A DNA stretch of 64,000 bases from the human T2T-CHM13v2.0 reference genome, Homo sapiens. The stretch lies in the NCBI RefSeq assembly GCF_009914755.1, contig NC_060927.1; one strand, given 5' to 3'. The notes under the pieces are model-generated. The model was given only the letters and a program-made list of their open reading frames with translations, was not told where the DNA came from and did no database searches. This document shows, piece after piece, positions 57,272 to 64,000 of the stretch (within the stretch, counting starts at the first letter, position 1; each line of letters opens with the position of its first letter). A program made the translations under genes and the position numbers.

Positions 57272-59917
57272 ACGTGGTATTGTCAGTATTTTAAATTTCA
57301 AAGGCTTTTATGTTATAGGAAACTTGACTAGAGAAGGCTGTACCTAACATAAAGGAAGAAAGGGATTATTGGTTATTGAATGCCTGCTGTGTATGAGATA
57401 CTGCCTAAGTGCTTTTCCTAATATTGTCTCATTTAATCAAGGTAATCTCATGTAGATTTTGAGATCAGTGTTGTGTTGATTTTACAAGCCAGAAAACTGA
57501 CGCTACAGGTTAGTCAGCTTGTAATTGCCATCCAGAATCCAGCCTAGATCTGCTGGAGTCTAAACCAATCACATTACATAGAAACTACAGTAGTCAGTGA
57601 GGTGTGTGGTTTTTTTTTGTTTTTGTTTTGGTGGATGGGGGGGCTTTTCCTGATGACCCTGAAAGTCCGTCATATAAGTGGTCCCCTTCTGATACATAGT
57701 GCCTAGCTGGCCCTGCAAACAGCAGCCACCCAACCAGGCACCTCCCCCTACCCTGTGCCTTCTCTGCTGCCTCACTGAATCTCTTAGCAGCCAGTCATTC
57801 AGACTGTCTCAAGGTAGATATTATACTGACACATCCTCTCCTCCAGCTGGCAAGCTCACGGAAGAAGCTTCCATTGAATTTTAAAGACTAGCCAAGCCTC
57901 TTGTTTCTTTCACCAGTTTTTTTCATGTAGCTTTTTTCCCCCTAAGAATGGGAAGGCAGGAATGCCATGTGATAGAAAGAGCTTATAGGTGCTATTATTA
58001 AATTGTTGTATGACCTTGAATACCACATTTTCCTTGTCTTGGCCCAGATTTCCTAATTCATAAGAGAGTGTTGGGTTGGGGTCAGTGGTTCCATGGACCC
58101 TCCTCATGGCCTACAGTGGGAAGAGCCAAGTGGGAAATACTTTGGATCCTCTGGATATTATTACAACCAGTGTAGCTCTGGTTTCATTTATTGAATATGC
58201 ACTGAGCTTTCTCCTGAGAATTTGGTTAAAGCAAATAATTATATGACAAATATATGCTTGAAATCCACTATAATAGATGATACTAGATGATCTCTACTAA
58301 GGGCCCTATCAACTTCGTGAAAGATCATGAGTGGCAAAACTGAAATGAGCAAAATTTCTACCCTTAACCTTTAAAAAAATATATATACAAGGCCTTCATG
58401 CTACCCTCTGATCACTATGAGAAAATAGAAGGGGCTATAATTAATTTGCCTAGAATAGGAGGCTGGGGAAGGATTAACAACAAAGGCGGCATCTGAGTTG
58501 GACTTAAAGGAAGAATAGAAGTTCACTAGATGGAGTAGGAGATTAGGGGAGTAAGGCCTCTCAGGTAGAGGAGTGAGGCAGAAGATATGAAAAGACATTG
58601 CTCTTTAGGAAACATTGTGTTCTTGGTGCGGATATTGTGTGTGATGAAAAGGGCAAGAATGAGGAATGCTAGGAGACGTGGCTGGGAGGATCACTGAGCC
58701 ACTTTGTAAAGAGACTTGAATAGTACAGTGGTGGGGACTAATGAAAAATGTTAAATATTGTTTGGGTTAGCACTGCATAGTTGCTAATCTGCAACTGCAT
58801 GTTAAGCTCCTCTCAACTCAGGACCCTGATCCACACAGCAGTGTTTGGATGTTAACTAATGCAGTGGCAGTGCCCACAAACTCAGAAGTGATTCCAGTTA
58901 GAGCCTTGGTGACTTGGGGTTTACACTAATTTCTTCTTCTTAATTGTCTCAGGGTGTTGGATATACGCGTAATGCTTGTATAAAATAAAAGGGTAGGAGA
59001 GTGGGGGGAGGCTCTGCTGATAGGCAGCAAGTCTCAGACTGCAATAAACTCAGTGGTGTCCTTGCCATTCTAAACTCATCATCAGAGGTGAATGTGGCAA
59101 GATTGTAATTTTGCCTCCTGTGTGAAAAATTAGAGTCAGCTTCATGGCTCAGCCTTCCCAGCTCTTCTCCATAAAGGATCTCCTCATTCTGTCTCCGGAA
59201 ACATATGTTTATTTGTAATGCATTTCGTTTGTGGTAATTGGAGCAGCGTGCCTTTTCATTCTCTTGTCAAACACCCATCTCCCTGCCTAGAGAGCTTCGG
59301 AGCCTGATATAATGAGCCTGTGAATTACATTAGGTTGGAAATCAGGTTTCTAATTAAACACATATGAAAGATGTCGTACCCATTGTCCCCCTTTTTATCA
59401 TTTGTGATCTTGAGATGTCCCTAGATCCTATGAGATTCCTGTCCTGGTTGATGAAAGATTTCAGATTGGAGCACAGTACCTGATCAGTTGGGGCTAATGT
59501 CAGCTTCATCCATTTTACAAAACACTGAGAAGAGTGAGTATATTGACATTAGTTGAAACATTGCTGTGACTAGGCACTTTACATATATTATCTCATTGAA
59601 TCCTTATGTCTTCAAAGAGATATTATCTCCGTTTAGCATATGAGCAGATGGTTAAGTAACTTCCCCAAAGATGCATACAGTTAGAAAGTGGTGAATGAGG
59701 ATTTGAATTTTTGTCTGAATTCAAAACCCATGTTTCTTTCAATTCATGCCTCTGAGAGCAGAATGATTGTGCTATTAATATTTCATGGCCCAGTGGAAAA
59801 AAGTTTAGAGGGAGGACCTTAGGCATCAATGTCAGGAAAGGGGCTTTGGAGAATCAACATTTAATCAGAAGAGTAACTTTCATGACTTACATAGAGGAAA
59901 GAGGTTATAAGTAATTC

Positions 59918-64000
<4,083 letters not shown>

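Overview
Human or great-ape genomic DNA containing the 5' end of SYN2 (synapsin II). It has about 36 kb of repeat-rich upstream sequence, a CpG-island promoter, coding exon 1 (36509-36897, + strand, [14 protein letters not shown]...EPHADW) and the first ~27 kb of intron 1. The window ends inside a young but disabled antisense L1 (L1PA2/L1HS-like). The rest is ordinary primate repeat content: about 22 Alu pieces, a near full-length Tigger1, MER57, LTR16-like and MLT1 LTRs, and MIR/L2 fragments. Nearly all short ORFs in the track are repeat-derived or chance. I see no evidence of a new multi-gene system. The most interesting signals are local. (1) Exon 1 appears to carry an extra PAPQ unit and a P>A change versus the human reference protein as I recall it. 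(2) The L1 has lost its distal 3'UTR and has a double poly(A) that looks like a 15-nt 3' transduction. (3) A tiny TSD-flanked LTR-derived retrocopy sits inside Tigger1, and one Alu has a transduction-like tail. (4) There are two perfect inverted repeats (22 bp and 18 bp). (5) Z-DNA and G4 elements surround the promoter. (6) A dense E-box cluster lies ~9 kb upstream. (7) A stop codon and AATAAA just after the exon 1 donor could yield a truncated synapsin. Repeat subfamily names come from recalled consensus sequences, and repeat boundaries are approximate.
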